This document shows, piece by piece, positions 13,019-26,065 of a DNA stretch of 64,000 nucleotides (position 1 is its first letter; every line of letters starts with the position of its first letter). The stretch is taken from contig OX597823.1 of NCBI GenBank assembly GCA_951406725.2, positions 72,354,001-72,418,000 of the forward strand, read 5' to 3'. The stretch comes from Octopus vulgaris. Taxonomy: Eukaryota. Below the pieces are notes generated by a model that saw only the letters and a program-made list of their open reading frames with translations, searched no databases and had not been told where the DNA came from. Position numbers and translations under genes: made by a program.

Positions 13019-16000
13019 TTTCAATATTTGTCGGGAATTTATATGTAATCTTCCATCCAGACTTAACGCTGCAAAATAATGCCAATCTTGAATTATATAG
13101 TGTTCATATTTTTGTGTTAAACGCTATCTGCTGATGCCACCTACATACAAATCTACGGAATAGGAATTTAAATGTTAGATTAATTAGCTCTATTGCGAAG
13201 GATGCATCATAAAGGCAATATCGTGTGTTGACTACTGACCGACGGACTAATTTTGTAAATATCTCGCTGGGACAATTTCTCAACAGAAGAATAAATAAGT
13301 GTTAATATTTGAATAGATGCAGCTAATAAGATATCGGAATATTCAATTACGCTTTACTAATGTCCCTGTATGAGTGGGAATATCACTGTTTAATGAAGTG
13401 TGAGTTTACGATGATCTGTTTTCAGCAATTACGATTCAAACAGAGCTTGATATAAATTCTGTTTGCCTTTAAGCCATTGTAAACATTCCGTATAATGAAT
13501 TATAGATTACATAATATACTTGATTGAGAAAGTAAACTGGGAGGCATCCTAGGATTAAAACAAATCGGCACATAATATATATATATAACGATATATGAAT
13601 ATAGTTATGTATTGTGAGTACAGGCTTATACATTATGGGGCTGTACAAAGATATGTTCACACTTTTAAATGCCTACAGACGTATCTATACTTGAAGGTCT
13701 GTAAATGCACGCATTCATACACGCTTCCCATAAAGGAATATATTGAAAATGGGGTTCTGTGAGTGTTGTACGAGATTACTATATGCCGGATAAATGAATA
13801 GAATTGTCTCTGGTTGTTGAAACACAATAAGAGTGGTGGAACGAAGAAAGATAAGTATGTGGATGTATGGAGCTAGATAGTTAAGAATACAAGTAGAAAA
13901 ACATTTGTTATTCTACGGGTTATATAAGATAGTCTCTAAGAATGTTTTCATTTGTGGTAATTTACCTTTTAAATGGAATTGAATTCTGACACGATTAAAA
14001 GATCTAATCTTTTTATTTTAAGTGGTTCCACTTAATAATTAAGTTCTAGTTTTTTCAAACGTTAATCACTCTCAACTATTTCAAACCAGTTTCACAACAG
14101 TATGTAGGCTTCAAACTTGTTAAGAAGGTCTGTATGCTATGAAACGTGCATCGAATCAAAACTTGTATGTCAGAACACAAAAGACAGTATAATGCGTTTC
14201 GTTGTTAACAAACTATTTTAAAACATATGAAGATAATTGACAAAATACTCCTGCTGAAAACATCAACAGCTCTAAGTGTCAAAAAAGTGTTTAAAATAAA
14301 CAATAAGACAGTTTATAAAACGAAAACGGAATCTTTGGTAGAAGGGCTCATCCACCAACATGAATTCAGACGGTGGAGAACTTTGCCAAAAACATGATTT
14401 CTTCTCTATTTATAACCTGTGGTAGACTTTAAATGTAACCTTCATTTGTAATGCAGACCGTTGTCTACTATCTTTTTTCTGTGGCTATTTTTAACCACTC
14501 AATATCATATATGTAGTGAGTCAAATTTTGAGTTTAAAATTTCAAGATCATGGCGAGTGCGTACCACAAAGCCATTGTAACAGCGATAAAAATCGTTAGA
14601 GATGATGTAGTACCTTTGGTGATTGGGCTGTAGTAAGACATTGTAAAATATTTCAATATTCTCCATTTGAATGCGGTCGACAAATGTTAGTTTATTCAGT
14701 AACGGCACCGCCTGGTAAATATGAGCAGTATTCAATGTACTTGAGTGAGCTATATAAAAATAATATTTTCCGCACCTAAAGAGAATCCTAATATTTGTGA
14801 GAACGTTTTTGGAGTTTCATATGAGTTCTTCATGAAATTCACAAAAGATTGTGCAGCTTTTTGTTTATATTGGTTTTCAAGACTTTAATCCATGATGAGA
14901 TAACTGCACGAAGTTATCCTTGATATATGTAATGACTGATAATGTTGTGCGCTGTTAAAAGAGAAATTAAAGAGAGGAACGCATTTGAGACTTGTACGAG
15001 ACCTGTGTCAGTGTATATACACACAATATACACATGCACAAATAGATATATATGTACATAAATAAAAACGCACACATATGTTTATACGTTACGTATATTG
15101 ATTATTATAATATTCAATTCAACTAATTATATAAAGACTAAAACACTGATATCATTCACTACTAATTTATCAGTTTTCTGCAATGAAGTTTGCATTAAAT
15201 AGAATCTGACAATATTGGTAATCTCTGTCTCTGCCGACTCACTGACTTCTGAGATATTTCTATCATATTTTATACTTTTATTTTTATGTGTATTTGTTTA
15301 ATTATTTCACTGATTTCTAACGTTTTAGTATTATTGTAACTTTATACTAAATCACTTTCTGATATTTACACTTGACATTTAAAACTTGTAACAGCCGTAT
15401 GTATTTCGCATTACGTACATTCATAATTTAATAAACTCCTGTTTTCAAATGTCGTTAACATTAATTTGAATATTCGTTCGTTTCATACGACCGCAGCAGA
15501 TAAGTTCTGCACTACTAACTAGATTAAATACTTACAAATACAATAATAACTACACTAAAAATATTACAAAGAGAGCTGTGGTGAGATAAAATCCAGAATC
15601 GAGGGCCAACATTATGCTATGTATCCTGGTGAATGACCTGAATCCGAAACCGCGATAATCTTCCTCTTGCACGCGTGAATTATATTTACTAAATGTATTT
15701 TTTGCCATATTCGCTTTCAGTTTTTATGGCTGTGACATTTTCCTTTGAATTTCCTAGTAGTTTTGTTTACTTCACATAATCAAATAATATTCTTTGCGAT
15801 ATTTTGATCAAAATTTCTATCTCCCGAGTTCAAATCTTGATGTTATAAGTATGCATTCTTTAGTCTAGATTTAAAATCATTCCTGTTCTATTCTACAATT
15901 TTATTCGATTCAGATGCAATACCACCATCAGGATATCATTTTCTCTACAATAAAAAGCAATAGCTTCTTTTTGTATATTTCAGCAAACCTACAAATGTAA

Positions 16001-16038
16001 TCATTGTCTCAAATTACTCTTAAATATACTTATAAAAC

Positions 16039-16327
16039 GTGGATGCACATGACTTAGTGGTTAGAGCTGCGGTCAAGGGATCGCGGGTTCGAATCTCGGA
16101 CCGAGCGATGTGTGTGTTTATGAGCGAAACACCTAAGCTCCACGCAGCTCCGGCAGAAGGTAATGGCGAACTTCTGCTGACTCTTTCGCCACAACTTTCT
16201 CTCAATCTTTCCTCCTGCATCTTCCAGCTCACCTGCTACGGACCGGCGTCCCATTTAGGTGGGGAACCTATACGCCAAGGAAACCGGCCCTATGAGCCAG
16301 GCGTGGTTCAAGAAGGAACAAACAACA
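16039..16327 (+). mobile_element. tRNA-derived SINE (related to family A) with an exact 14-bp target-site duplication
   Basis: A box TGACTTAGTGG, B box GGTTCGAATCTC, (AAC)n tail. ATACTTATAAAACG occurs at 16026-16039 and 16328-16341. Confidence 0.88.
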
Positions 16328-16859
16328 ATACTTATAAAACGGGCCAACGAGGCAGAGGAAGGAACAACAAGGAGAGTATTATGCATTCATTTAATCTAAC
16401 CTGCTTGAAATAGCAACTAAATACTTTTTGGAATAATAAAGAATTTATTCGATGTTATAGCCATAAATATATAGATATTGCGTAACTTTAGCCAAAGTAC
16501 CCTCGATAATAGCTCCTCTACTTTTGTAGGAACGCGGTATTTCGTTATGCAATATTGATATACTAGAAAATATATTAAACGCTTTTATAAGTGAGTACTG
16601 TGTTCTACTCTTGGGTTGGTGTGGAGTTAAAATACAACGACAACAAAAACACCAAGATCTGAAAACACTCATGCGAACACATGCACTGAGACACACGAAT
16701 ATGTAGAAGCATGTGAACATATTTTTAAATTAGAGAAACTGACAATTGGAATATACGATACAATATGCCAATTACAAATTAATTCAATTTACTACATGAT
16801 AAAACGATCAATATCGGTACACAAGTGACTCATTGGATGTCTGATTCAATAAATGTATG

Positions 16860-16907
<48 letters not shown>

Positions 16908-17229
16908 GGAAAAAGACAGAGATAAAAGAGTAGTTAACAGCATATTGGTGAAGATATGTACATAATTTATATTGCTAAATAGTGCCAGCTTCATATAATA
17001 TACGACGGCTGTAAAAATACATCCACAGACATATCTTCTTTTATATTTCATTTCTTACTCCAGTGATTGGAGTACGGCCATGCTGGGGCAATGCCTTGGA
17101 GTCTTTAGTCGAACAGATCGATCGAAGTACTTATTTTTTAAAAGGCTGGTACTCATTCTTTTGCCGAATCGCTAAGATAAGGGACGTATACGAGCCAACA
17201 AAGGTTCTCAAGCAGCGATTCGTATAGAA

Positions 17230-17269
<40 letters not shown>

Positions 17270-17305
17270 CATCTATCTATCTATCTATGTGGGTATGTAT
17301 GTGTG

Positions 17306-17372
<67 letters not shown>

Positions 17373-17376
<4 letters not shown>

Positions 17377-17850
17377 AGTTTGGTTGCTTGTTTCTCTGGA
17401 GATTGTCAAAATGATGTGGACGCCTTTGACGAGAATCCAATAGGGTTAGAAAATCGATTAAGGTTGTTGATCATTTTTCAGTCTGCGGAGAAATGGCTAA
17501 AATTTGCTCAGTTTGTAATCATACCATACGTTACGTATATATTATATCATACCTTGATGCTGTGTGGACTAAGATCCCCGTCGACAGGCCGCTGGTATAT
17601 ATAGAGTGTTAAACACTTTCAATATGGAAATTAGGAGCTCCTTCATAGAGTAGCTGCTGCATTTGTTCAGTATATAAACACTTTGGTTCTTTGTTTCTCT
17701 GGCGATTGTCAAAATGGTGTAGAGTCCTATGATGGTAACCCACTAAGGTTCGAAAGTCGATTAAGTCTGTTCATCATTTTTTTCTTTCAGTCTGCGAAGA
17801 AATGGTTACAATTTGCCCTGTTTGTAATTATACCATATGTTATGTATATA
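17373..17850 (+). repeat. Direct tandem repeat (unit ~300 bp; 17373-17550 vs 17676-17850), each copy with a degenerate minimal hammerhead-like motif
   Basis: AAACAGTTTGGTTGCTTGTTTCTCTGGAGATTGTCAAAATG vs AAACACTTTGGTTCTTTGTTTCTCTGGCGATTGTCAAAATG. Both contain GAAA-palindrome-TA (GAAAATCGATTA / GAAAGTCGATTA). Confidence 0.7.
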
Positions 17851-18713
17851 CATAGATTCTCATCTTAATTTTTATGACTCTGTATTGGAATTGGTGCACA
17901 ACACCGCAACATTTTTACAAAAATTATTCATCGGAAATAAAGTCGAAGAGTTCCATCCAGTTAGTTCAAAAAGGGTAATTTTTAATACATAAGCCTTTGC
18001 TTTTATAAGTCTTACAACAAAATATAACTTTACAAATAATTTCGCCTTAAAAATTTTATTTTATTCCCGGGACACCACGGGCAATTTTCGATGTTTTCTG
18101 TAATGTAGATGTCCCGAATTTTTTTCCCACGTGTCTTCATTAATTATATAATTATAATAAATTCATTACCTGTATCTAACTGTTATTTTACATTTGTATT
18201 ATAAATTTTTACAAACAGAAATTCGCCGATGAAGTTTGCAGCCGTATCAGTGCTGAATGAAGTCGATGTATTTTCTGCTTTATTGAGTCGCAGCTGTATT
18301 AACAGTCGCTGTTTCTTTTGCAATTCCACCAACTACTGTTGATGCTGTTTCTGTAAATCAATTACTGAAGCTGGTAATTCTTCCATGTTTCAGACAACGA
18401 TCTATCCATCCTAAGTTAGAATATCCTCATCACCAATAATGTTATGACAACCTTGGGGTGTGCACAAGGGTGTAGGAATAATATTACTCAAATATTTTGG
18501 TATAGATATCTGGAATAACCATTCGCGGAATAAATGTTCACGCACAACGTATTCCGTACTATGCCAAGCGTAGATACGATATTAAACTAATGCAAAAAAT
18601 CCTTTACGAGCGATCATCGCTATCAACTGTTTACAATTCACACAGCTCCTTTATTTTACTTTATTGAAATGTGTTAGTCGATTTTCAGTTACATGATCCT
18701 TCCACAACATAAA

Positions 18714-18759
<46 letters not shown>

Positions 18760-18889
18760 TGGAAACGAGAATCTTCCTCCATGTGATCGACTTGAGAAAT
18801 TGTTCTGAATCCCCAAAAAAACTTCGCACATATACTAAATAGAAACTGGTTTATCAACAGATTGCCATTACATTGATTGAAGAGTGCTA

Positions 18890-20162
18890 ATTAAGAAACT
18901 GTTCTTTCCTAATGATAAAACCTCATTTCCTGAAATATATTTGACGTCACATGGTGTCCCGTGATGACAGAGTGTTCTGGACCCAAAGAGATGAATTCAA
19001 TATCTTGTATGACCACCGTTACCGTTCATTACAGACAGGCGTCTTACGTACCAGACGATTGACGAAGGCCATGGGGACAGCAGCCCACACTCTGATAAAA
19101 CTTGCAGTGAGTTGTGCTGTAGTAGTCAGACTTGGACAGATGTAATTTATCCTTCTTTGGATTCCGTCCCATAGGTGCTCTATGGGATTCAAGTCCGGAT
19201 GTAGAGCAGGACATGGCAGTGTCTGGTTGTTGTGATGTTGGAGTAAGTCTGTCAACCTGGTTGTATGGGGACAGGCGTTGTGATTCCGGTCGATGTAGTG
19301 ATTGGTCGATGTAGTGGGCAGCTGCTACTCCATCACTCCGGCCTTGGCTGTTCCAAGTTTCAGGTTGAGTGCAATCCTGCTCCAAACCATTTGCTCCTCC
19401 TCCCCATGATTCTTTCTCCACCACTCAGCCATCGGCATGACCATCACACCTTCTTCTCGAAACCCCAACTTTGCCATCTGCCACAGAAATGCAATATCGA
19501 CTTTAGTCCTGGTGTTTCTGAGCCCACTGCAGATGTGTCCATCGATGACGATCTGCGAGGATGGGGCACGTAACCGGACGTCGGTAAGACATATTGAAAG
19601 ATTTCAACCAGCGGCGAACTGTCTCTGCACAAATATGTCTGTGGTCATTCCCTATGGTCTGCCTAGTTAATTCCGTTTGCCTCCGGAATTGGTCCTGCAA
19701 GCACTGTCGGTACAGCTGGCGATCTTGACATGCCGTTGTAACCCTTCGATCGGCCACTGCGTGGACGTTCATCCGTGCTGTTTGTAACATTTTATCGTTC
19801 CCTCAACCGCTCAATTGTCTGAATACTGCAGTTGAAGTCATTAACAATGACCAACATGGAGACGGCTGATGGTTTTCTCCCTCTGATTTTGTATCAGTCT
19901 TTTATACACAATGAGTCAACGCTTTGACCCTGCATCATGCTTTTCATAAAGATGAGTTCGCGAGCAATTCCATGTTCGCGAAATGTAAGCAAGTTCGATC
20001 CCTACATGCAATCCTTGTATTTTCAAAAGAGAGTGGGGTTGTGCGTCAGTGATATCTTCCTGATGTCAATCTGCAAAGAAATGTCTTAAAATCCACGTAA
20101 TCTCAATATCGTGTGTGAAACAAATAGTCTTTTACAGTGCGACGTTTCTTTTGTGATTCACT
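18890..20162 (-). mobile_element. Tc1-family DNA transposon, degenerate
   Basis: Motifs RVTTACQDRQL, ETVRRWL, RRPVTCPILADRHR, PDLNPIEHLWD. TIR-like end TA|TAGTGAATCACAAAAGAAACG at ~20162; the other end was not located. Confidence 0.85.
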
Positions 20163-20298
20163 ATATATATAAAAAGCCCGCCATTTACATAGATATATGA
20201 CGAATGAACATCTCCATGTGCTACGATGGAGGCGACGGTTATCTGTTTGGTTCTGCCGGGTATGTTGGTCTTGTTCATTCTTGATATGTTTTTAATTC

Positions 20299-20362
20299 GT
20301 TCCACTGATGAACAAAAGACGTAGATAATACGTTAATTGCGAAATCACAGGTGATCTGGAAC
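20299..20362 (+). ncRNA. Type I hammerhead ribozyme motif
   Basis: Stem I GTTCCA/TGGAAC; CTGATGA at 20305-20311; stem II CAA..ACGTA/TACGT..TTG; GAAA at 20341-20344; stem III TCAC/GTGA with 2-nt loop; ATC cleavage triplet (C20356). Confidence 0.8.
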
Positions 20363-21296
20363 TAAATTCTGTTTTTAAATGTCTTGCTTCGAGAGCTGCA
20401 TTCGGTACGATTCGTTTATTTTTGGTAGTAATGACTTTGAAAGTCCCTCCTAGCGTGTGGCATTTATGTGTAATAATGTCCTCTATATAATATAAATAAA
20501 TATTTTCAAGTGAAAAAATCTTCAGATTTTTTCTCTTATGAGGTTTTTCACGCTAACTACCTGATAATTTCTTGTTAAGATTTCTTATTAAGATTTTATC
20601 CTTAATTGTTAAATATATATATATATAAGATTATTTGATTGAAGGCCACACATCCATTTCGAAATAAGTTTATCTTAATCTTTTTGATGCGACTCCATTC
20701 TACACTCTTTTCTCACTTATCGTTTTCTCTCTCATCCGTTCTCTAATTCCTTTTCCCCTTCACAGTTTTCTACCCGTCCCTCTCTTCCCTCTTTCTCTTT
20801 TGCTCTCTCTCGTTGCTCACATCTGACCATTGTCCATCTTTCTTTTCCTCACTTGATCATATTTCTTTTCTTTAGAGCTATGCTAAAGACTGGACGTACC
20901 CTATCTCTCTCTTTTATCTTTAATCTCGCCAAAGATAATTTATCCAGCGTTCGCTAGTTTACGCTTGTTCTGGTCTAACGATCCTCTATGTTTGTTTTAG
21001 TTCTGTTTCCTTGTATGCCACCATTGTCCTGTTTTTGTTCCCAAATTTGGCTCTCCATAAGTCCCAAATTTTATTTTGGTACTTATGGGAGCAACTGTCT
21101 TCGAAAACTCATATTGTCGTAGAGTGCTCGAGATGAGGAGTAGATAGACAGCCGGCAACTTATGAAGGGTTGTTCTTTATGTTACTTCTGCTTTTCCATT
21201 TGCTTCTCTTGTTGTTTGCGTATTTCCTGTTGTTTACTGTTGGTGACGGCCTGTACCCTTATATGCATACACACACCCACCCACACAACACACACA

Positions 21297-21357
<61 letters not shown>

Positions 21358-21381
21358 GCATATCATATATATATATGCACA

Positions 21382-21424
<43 letters not shown>

Positions 21425-21599
21425 TGTGTTTGTGTAATTTAATAATGTCAAAGATCTATAATCCTTTAAGGGATGTTTGCAACCTAGTTTATGCCAGTGT
21501 TCAGTGAAAAACTAAATATGTTAGATCTACATTGAAAGATATGGGTATTTAAATTACTTATGAATGAGAAAAAGAAGAATATAGAGAAATTGACATATA

Positions 21600-24060
21600 A
21601 ACAGCAGTTTATTCAAAGATATTCAAATCAATATATGAAATTTTTCCCTACAGCTGTTTCCATATTCAATTAGAGATATATTAAATTAAATTAATTAAAA
21701 CATTTCATATTGAAACTGGTTAATTGGATATTTGATCAGGGGAATATTTCCCAGAAAAGAGTTACATTCCAACGTGTTGGTCGAGCCCTTGAGAAATTCA
21801 GATGTGGGCGTTTTCGTAATGTATGTATTAAAAATACCTTTATGAGTATATATATATATATATATATATAAACAAATATGTACGATATAGTTGTGCGTGG
21901 GCGTTTGTAAAACAATAGATATTAATGGTGGTGATGATGCTGCAGTTAGGGTGAACTAGATGTTATATATAGAGAGACACAGGTAGAGAGTGTGAGAGAA
22001 AGAGAGAATAGAAGCAGCGAGGGAGTTAGAGCGGTAATATTATGTAATTGTGCATGCGTTTATATAAAAAATGGAGGCCAACAATAACTATGACGTATCA
22101 AAAACTACTAATTAATTATCATATTATAGTACCGAGTTATCAATATTTGTGCACAATAATTATTGTCAATATGACTATATAAACAAAGGAAAACTTAAAC
22201 GTTACCAAATATAATTGATAAAAGTTTATATAAAAAACTAAATTTACTAAAACCCATAGCAACTAGAAACCCATACATTTTGTGTTAGTTTTATAATTAT
22301 ATTATAAAATATCAACGACATATTCGTGAGAAACGTGCTTAATAAAATTTACTGGAAGCCGCAAATATATTGTTATCTGTGCAGAAAAAAAAAACTTAAT
22401 TTACAACTTTACCATTTAATTAATATCTTTATATCTATATTATATATACTAAGCATTCTATAATGCTTATATTTGTGGATGCTAGTGTAATGAAACGGGA
22501 AGTATCAACAGATTCAAATTTCAAGTAGTTTTAACACATAATTAATTATTTATAATAATTATAATATATCCGATGGTAGTTTCTTTGAACAGCCATTAAC
22601 ATGCTTAAATACATGAAAAATCAAACCCTTTTCTCGTATATAAGATGAAATATTAATATTTTAATGAAATATTTAATATTTATGTAATATCTACTAAGAA
22701 TTCTTAATTCTTTATAGTAATAGATATTAGTGCACTAAACATAAATTACCGACCGAAAGAAAGTGCTAGTAGCTTTCATATATAATTAATTTATTTATGA
22801 TAATAATATATCTAATGGTAGTTTTTGAGAGTCCAGTTACATGCGTGAGCACTTGAAAAATCAGTCTCAATCCTTGTATATAGTAGGTGCCTCCAGGCGA
22901 ATAGGATTTGGTATATCTCTTCGAGACAGAGAAAACAAAAGGGATTTCCGATCTTAAAAGCAGTAGCCTTGGTTATAATTTCCCACTCCTCAGAAAAAAC
23001 CTTTTTTCTTTGTCTTTCAAGAGCCATATGAATTAACCGATGCTGGTACTAGAGCACTTCCTCGTATAATTAAAGGTGTAAGTATGATTGGATATGCGTC
23101 TCTTGACAAAATTTTGCGTTGCTCCAACGTAAAAAAAAAAATGCTTTTACCTTCAGAATTCACTTAACGCCTGTAAAAAATATTTTTTGTTTACAATAAT
23201 TTTTAAATAAACATTTACTTCTTACCTTGCAATCACAAAATATACTTTCATTACTACTGTTATTATTCTTCTGTCTTATATCATTACATTCAATATGATT
23301 GCTATTTACACTGTCACCTACATTCAAGAGGTTGAGATGGAATTTAATATGGGTTGTTTCCCCTTGTACACTGGACGACGCAAGAGCACATAACTTATTA
23401 ACATTTGTTTTAAGAGCATTACCATTGTTACATTTACTTCGGTTATAATTATTATAAAAGTTAGAAAATGTTTTTTGTTAATTGCAGATATAATCTATGA
23501 CAAGTTATTTGATACAGAAAAGGCAATTTTAAGAAACCTAAGGTTAATAATATCATAGTATCTACTTTCCTTTGTAAAGTGTTTAGAAAAAGTTCGTATA
23601 ACGCCCCGACCAAATTTGCATAGCGAATGGAATAATCTCGTTCTTATCAGGATGTGCTCCATATTTTTCAAATTTTCGAACACTATTTAATAGGTAACGG
23701 GTTTGTGTTTTCTTTAACCCTATTATTCATATTCCTAATCGTATGAAGACAATTAGAAGAACGAAGTAATGCATTGGTTCTCATATTTTGTATATAATTT
23801 TTCTTATTTGGATATTTAACCTCACTTATCTTATCCTTATTCCTATTCCTGACAGTTTGTTTAAAATCTTTACTAACATGAAAAACATCCATATTGTTAG
23901 AGATACTGATATTCTCAATTTTAGGATAATATTTCAATATTTCGCCATACCCAGCTTTGCTGAAAGCCGCATTATAATAGTCAGCATTTTTGTCAACAAT
24001 GTCCTTATAAGACGATAAATAGGACGGTTATTAGGTTAATTTAAATTAGCATCTACTAAG
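21600..24060 (-). mobile_element. Old 5'-truncated Penelope-like element (RT thumb/linker + GIY-YIG remnants + AT-rich 3' region)
   Basis: FGRGVIRTFSKHFTKESRYYDIINLRFLKIAFSVSNNL parallels IGKYFLALIDRHFPVNHAYRKLFNRHNLKISFSSTTNF of ORF 57174-58367. Also YVGATQNFVKRRISNH and WEIITKATAFKIGNPFCFLCLEE. Hammerhead-like motif at 21638-21749. Confidence 0.75.
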
Positions 24061-24229
24061 ATTTTAGAAGTAATTAACAGAAGAAAATATAATAAAAATA
24101 GAAAAAACTAAGTTAAAGTAGTATTGGAGAGAGTAAAATCCAAATTCATAGAATTAATTGTGATAAAAGCGAGTATGAAAAATATTTGTAGTAATTTTGT
24201 TGTCAGCAAGCTCTCTCTCTCTCTCTCTC

Positions 24230-24294
<65 letters not shown>

Positions 24295-24309
24295 ATATTT
24301 GTATCCCTG

Positions 24310-24435
24310 AAGGCGGCGACCGAGCAGGATCGTCACCGCGCCGGGCAAAATGCTTAGCGGCATTTCGTCGGTCTTTATGTTCTGAATTCGAATTCCACGG
24401 AAGTCAACTTTTCGTTTCATTCTTTCGGGGTTAAC
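24310..24435 (+). mobile_element. SINE family B, 5' part
   Basis: AGGCGGCGACCGAGCAGGATCGTCACCGCGCCGGGCAAAATGCTTAGCGGCATTTCGTC. Confidence 0.75.
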
Positions 24436-24782
24436 GTACTGTTAAATCATAATAGTTGTAGTCAGAAATAGTGTAATTTTTGTAATTACACACGTTAGGC
24501 AGTTGTCTATAAAAAGAAAAAAGGCGGAAGGTCTTGTGTGCAGCCCTATATAACATTTTGTGTATAAATGAATAAGCGTGTAGTAAGATACATGAGTAAG
24601 AATATTGCTGGATATATTTCGTTCATTTGTTGTTGGTCAGTCTCCGTATTGCATAGCGTACATGTAAATTAGGCAACTGTCATGCCACTGTGATTAGATT
24701 AACAAATATGAAAAATCTGTACATGTGATATTCTGTATACACACCACAAAGGATTGGGCTGTAGTAAAAAAAAAAAAATAAT

Positions 24783-25033
24783 AAATGCGCCCTTTTAAAG
24801 CCTCGCCAGGCTCATGGGCCCGGTTTCGCGGTTTCAATGGCGTATGTGTTCCCCAGCTGGACAAGACGCCAGTCCATCGCGGCGTCGCTCATTTTTGCCA
24901 GCTGAGTGGACTGGAGCAACATGAAATGAAGTGTTTTGCTCACGAACACAACGCGTCGCCCAGTCCAGGAATCGAAACCACAATCTTACGATCATGATGC
25001 TGACACCCTAATCACTAAGCCACGCGCTTCCAC
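24783..25033 (-). mobile_element. tRNA-derived SINE (family A)
   Basis: Colinear with 490-740. Degenerate TSD TTGGGCTGTAGTA / TTGGGCTAGAGTA. Confidence 0.85.
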
Positions 25034-25705
25034 TTGGGCTAGAGTAGTGCTTCATTATTCTAAATGTACACTGTAAATAGGTTACGATAATACTGCGTAT
25101 CTAGTAAAAACACTGTCCCCTCATAAAGTATTCGTGTGTAACTGTAACTGGAGTGTAGATGAATTTTTGGGGAGGTTGTATATGGAAATCCATACTATGG
25201 TCCTCGTTTTTTGTGGGATTCGTATGGGATTCATTGCAACAAGATTAGTCTTTAACGCGTGTAACGTTCTTTCAGAGATATTCTGCGTAATATATGCATG
25301 TTCCTTGTCGCGGTTGCGGATAGCGTATCTGCACATAGTTTTACACATGACGTTTAACTCTGTCTCTAGAGGGGTGTACACAAATGTGCATATTTAAAGC
25401 ATGTTCATACACGTACTTCTTGCCTCTGCATTAAATACACACACACATCGATGTGTAAATTACGTTAATCTCAGTTTGGCTAATTCATATACGTGAGTCA
25501 TTGTTGTATGGGAATTACTTAATTTTGCTGGATGTTTGGTAAATATTGTACCTGCTGCTTTATCATCTAAAATATATGATCAAGTGTATGCGTGGGTGTA
25601 GGATTAAGAATTGTTGGAAAAAGGGAATGGTATATAAACATATTTGGTAGTGGGTATTGTGTGTTGATGTATGCTGTTGATTCTTTATTGTTGTATTTTA
25701 AAGCA

Positions 25706-26065
25706 TTCTTTTCTACTCTAGGCACAAGGCTCGAAAATTTGGGGGAGGGGGCCAGTCGATTAGATCGACTCCAGTACGCAACTGGTAATTAATTTATCGA
25801 CCCTGAAAGGATGAAAGGCAAAGTCGACCTCGGCGGTATTTGAACTCAGAACGTAAAGACAGACGAAATACCTATTTCTTTACCACTCACAATGGGCTAA
25901 ACACAGAGAGGACAAACAAGGACAGACAAACGGATAAAGTCGATTATATCGACCCCAGTAACTGGTACTTATTTAATCGACCCCGAAAGGATAAAAGGCA
26001 AAGTCGACCTCAGCGGAATTTGAACTCAGAACGTAGCGGCAGACGAAATACCACTAAGCATTTCT
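25706..26065 (-). mobile_element. SINE family B, dimeric form
   Basis: Two copies of GAAAGGAT.AAAGGCAAAGTCGACCTC.GCGG.ATTTGAACTCAGAACGTA separated by the same linker as in 37598-38030. Confidence 0.85.

Noticed and set aside
14050-14800. Possible P-element/THAP9-like transposase relic (minus: RLHLKSTTGYK*RRNH)
   Set aside because: One short motif with stops; insufficient without an HMM or tBLASTn search.
16039-16110. tRNA gene (also 670-740 and 24960-25033)
   Set aside because: A/B boxes are present but there is no complete cloverleaf; each is followed by a SINE body and tail (TSD exact at 16039, degenerate at 24783).
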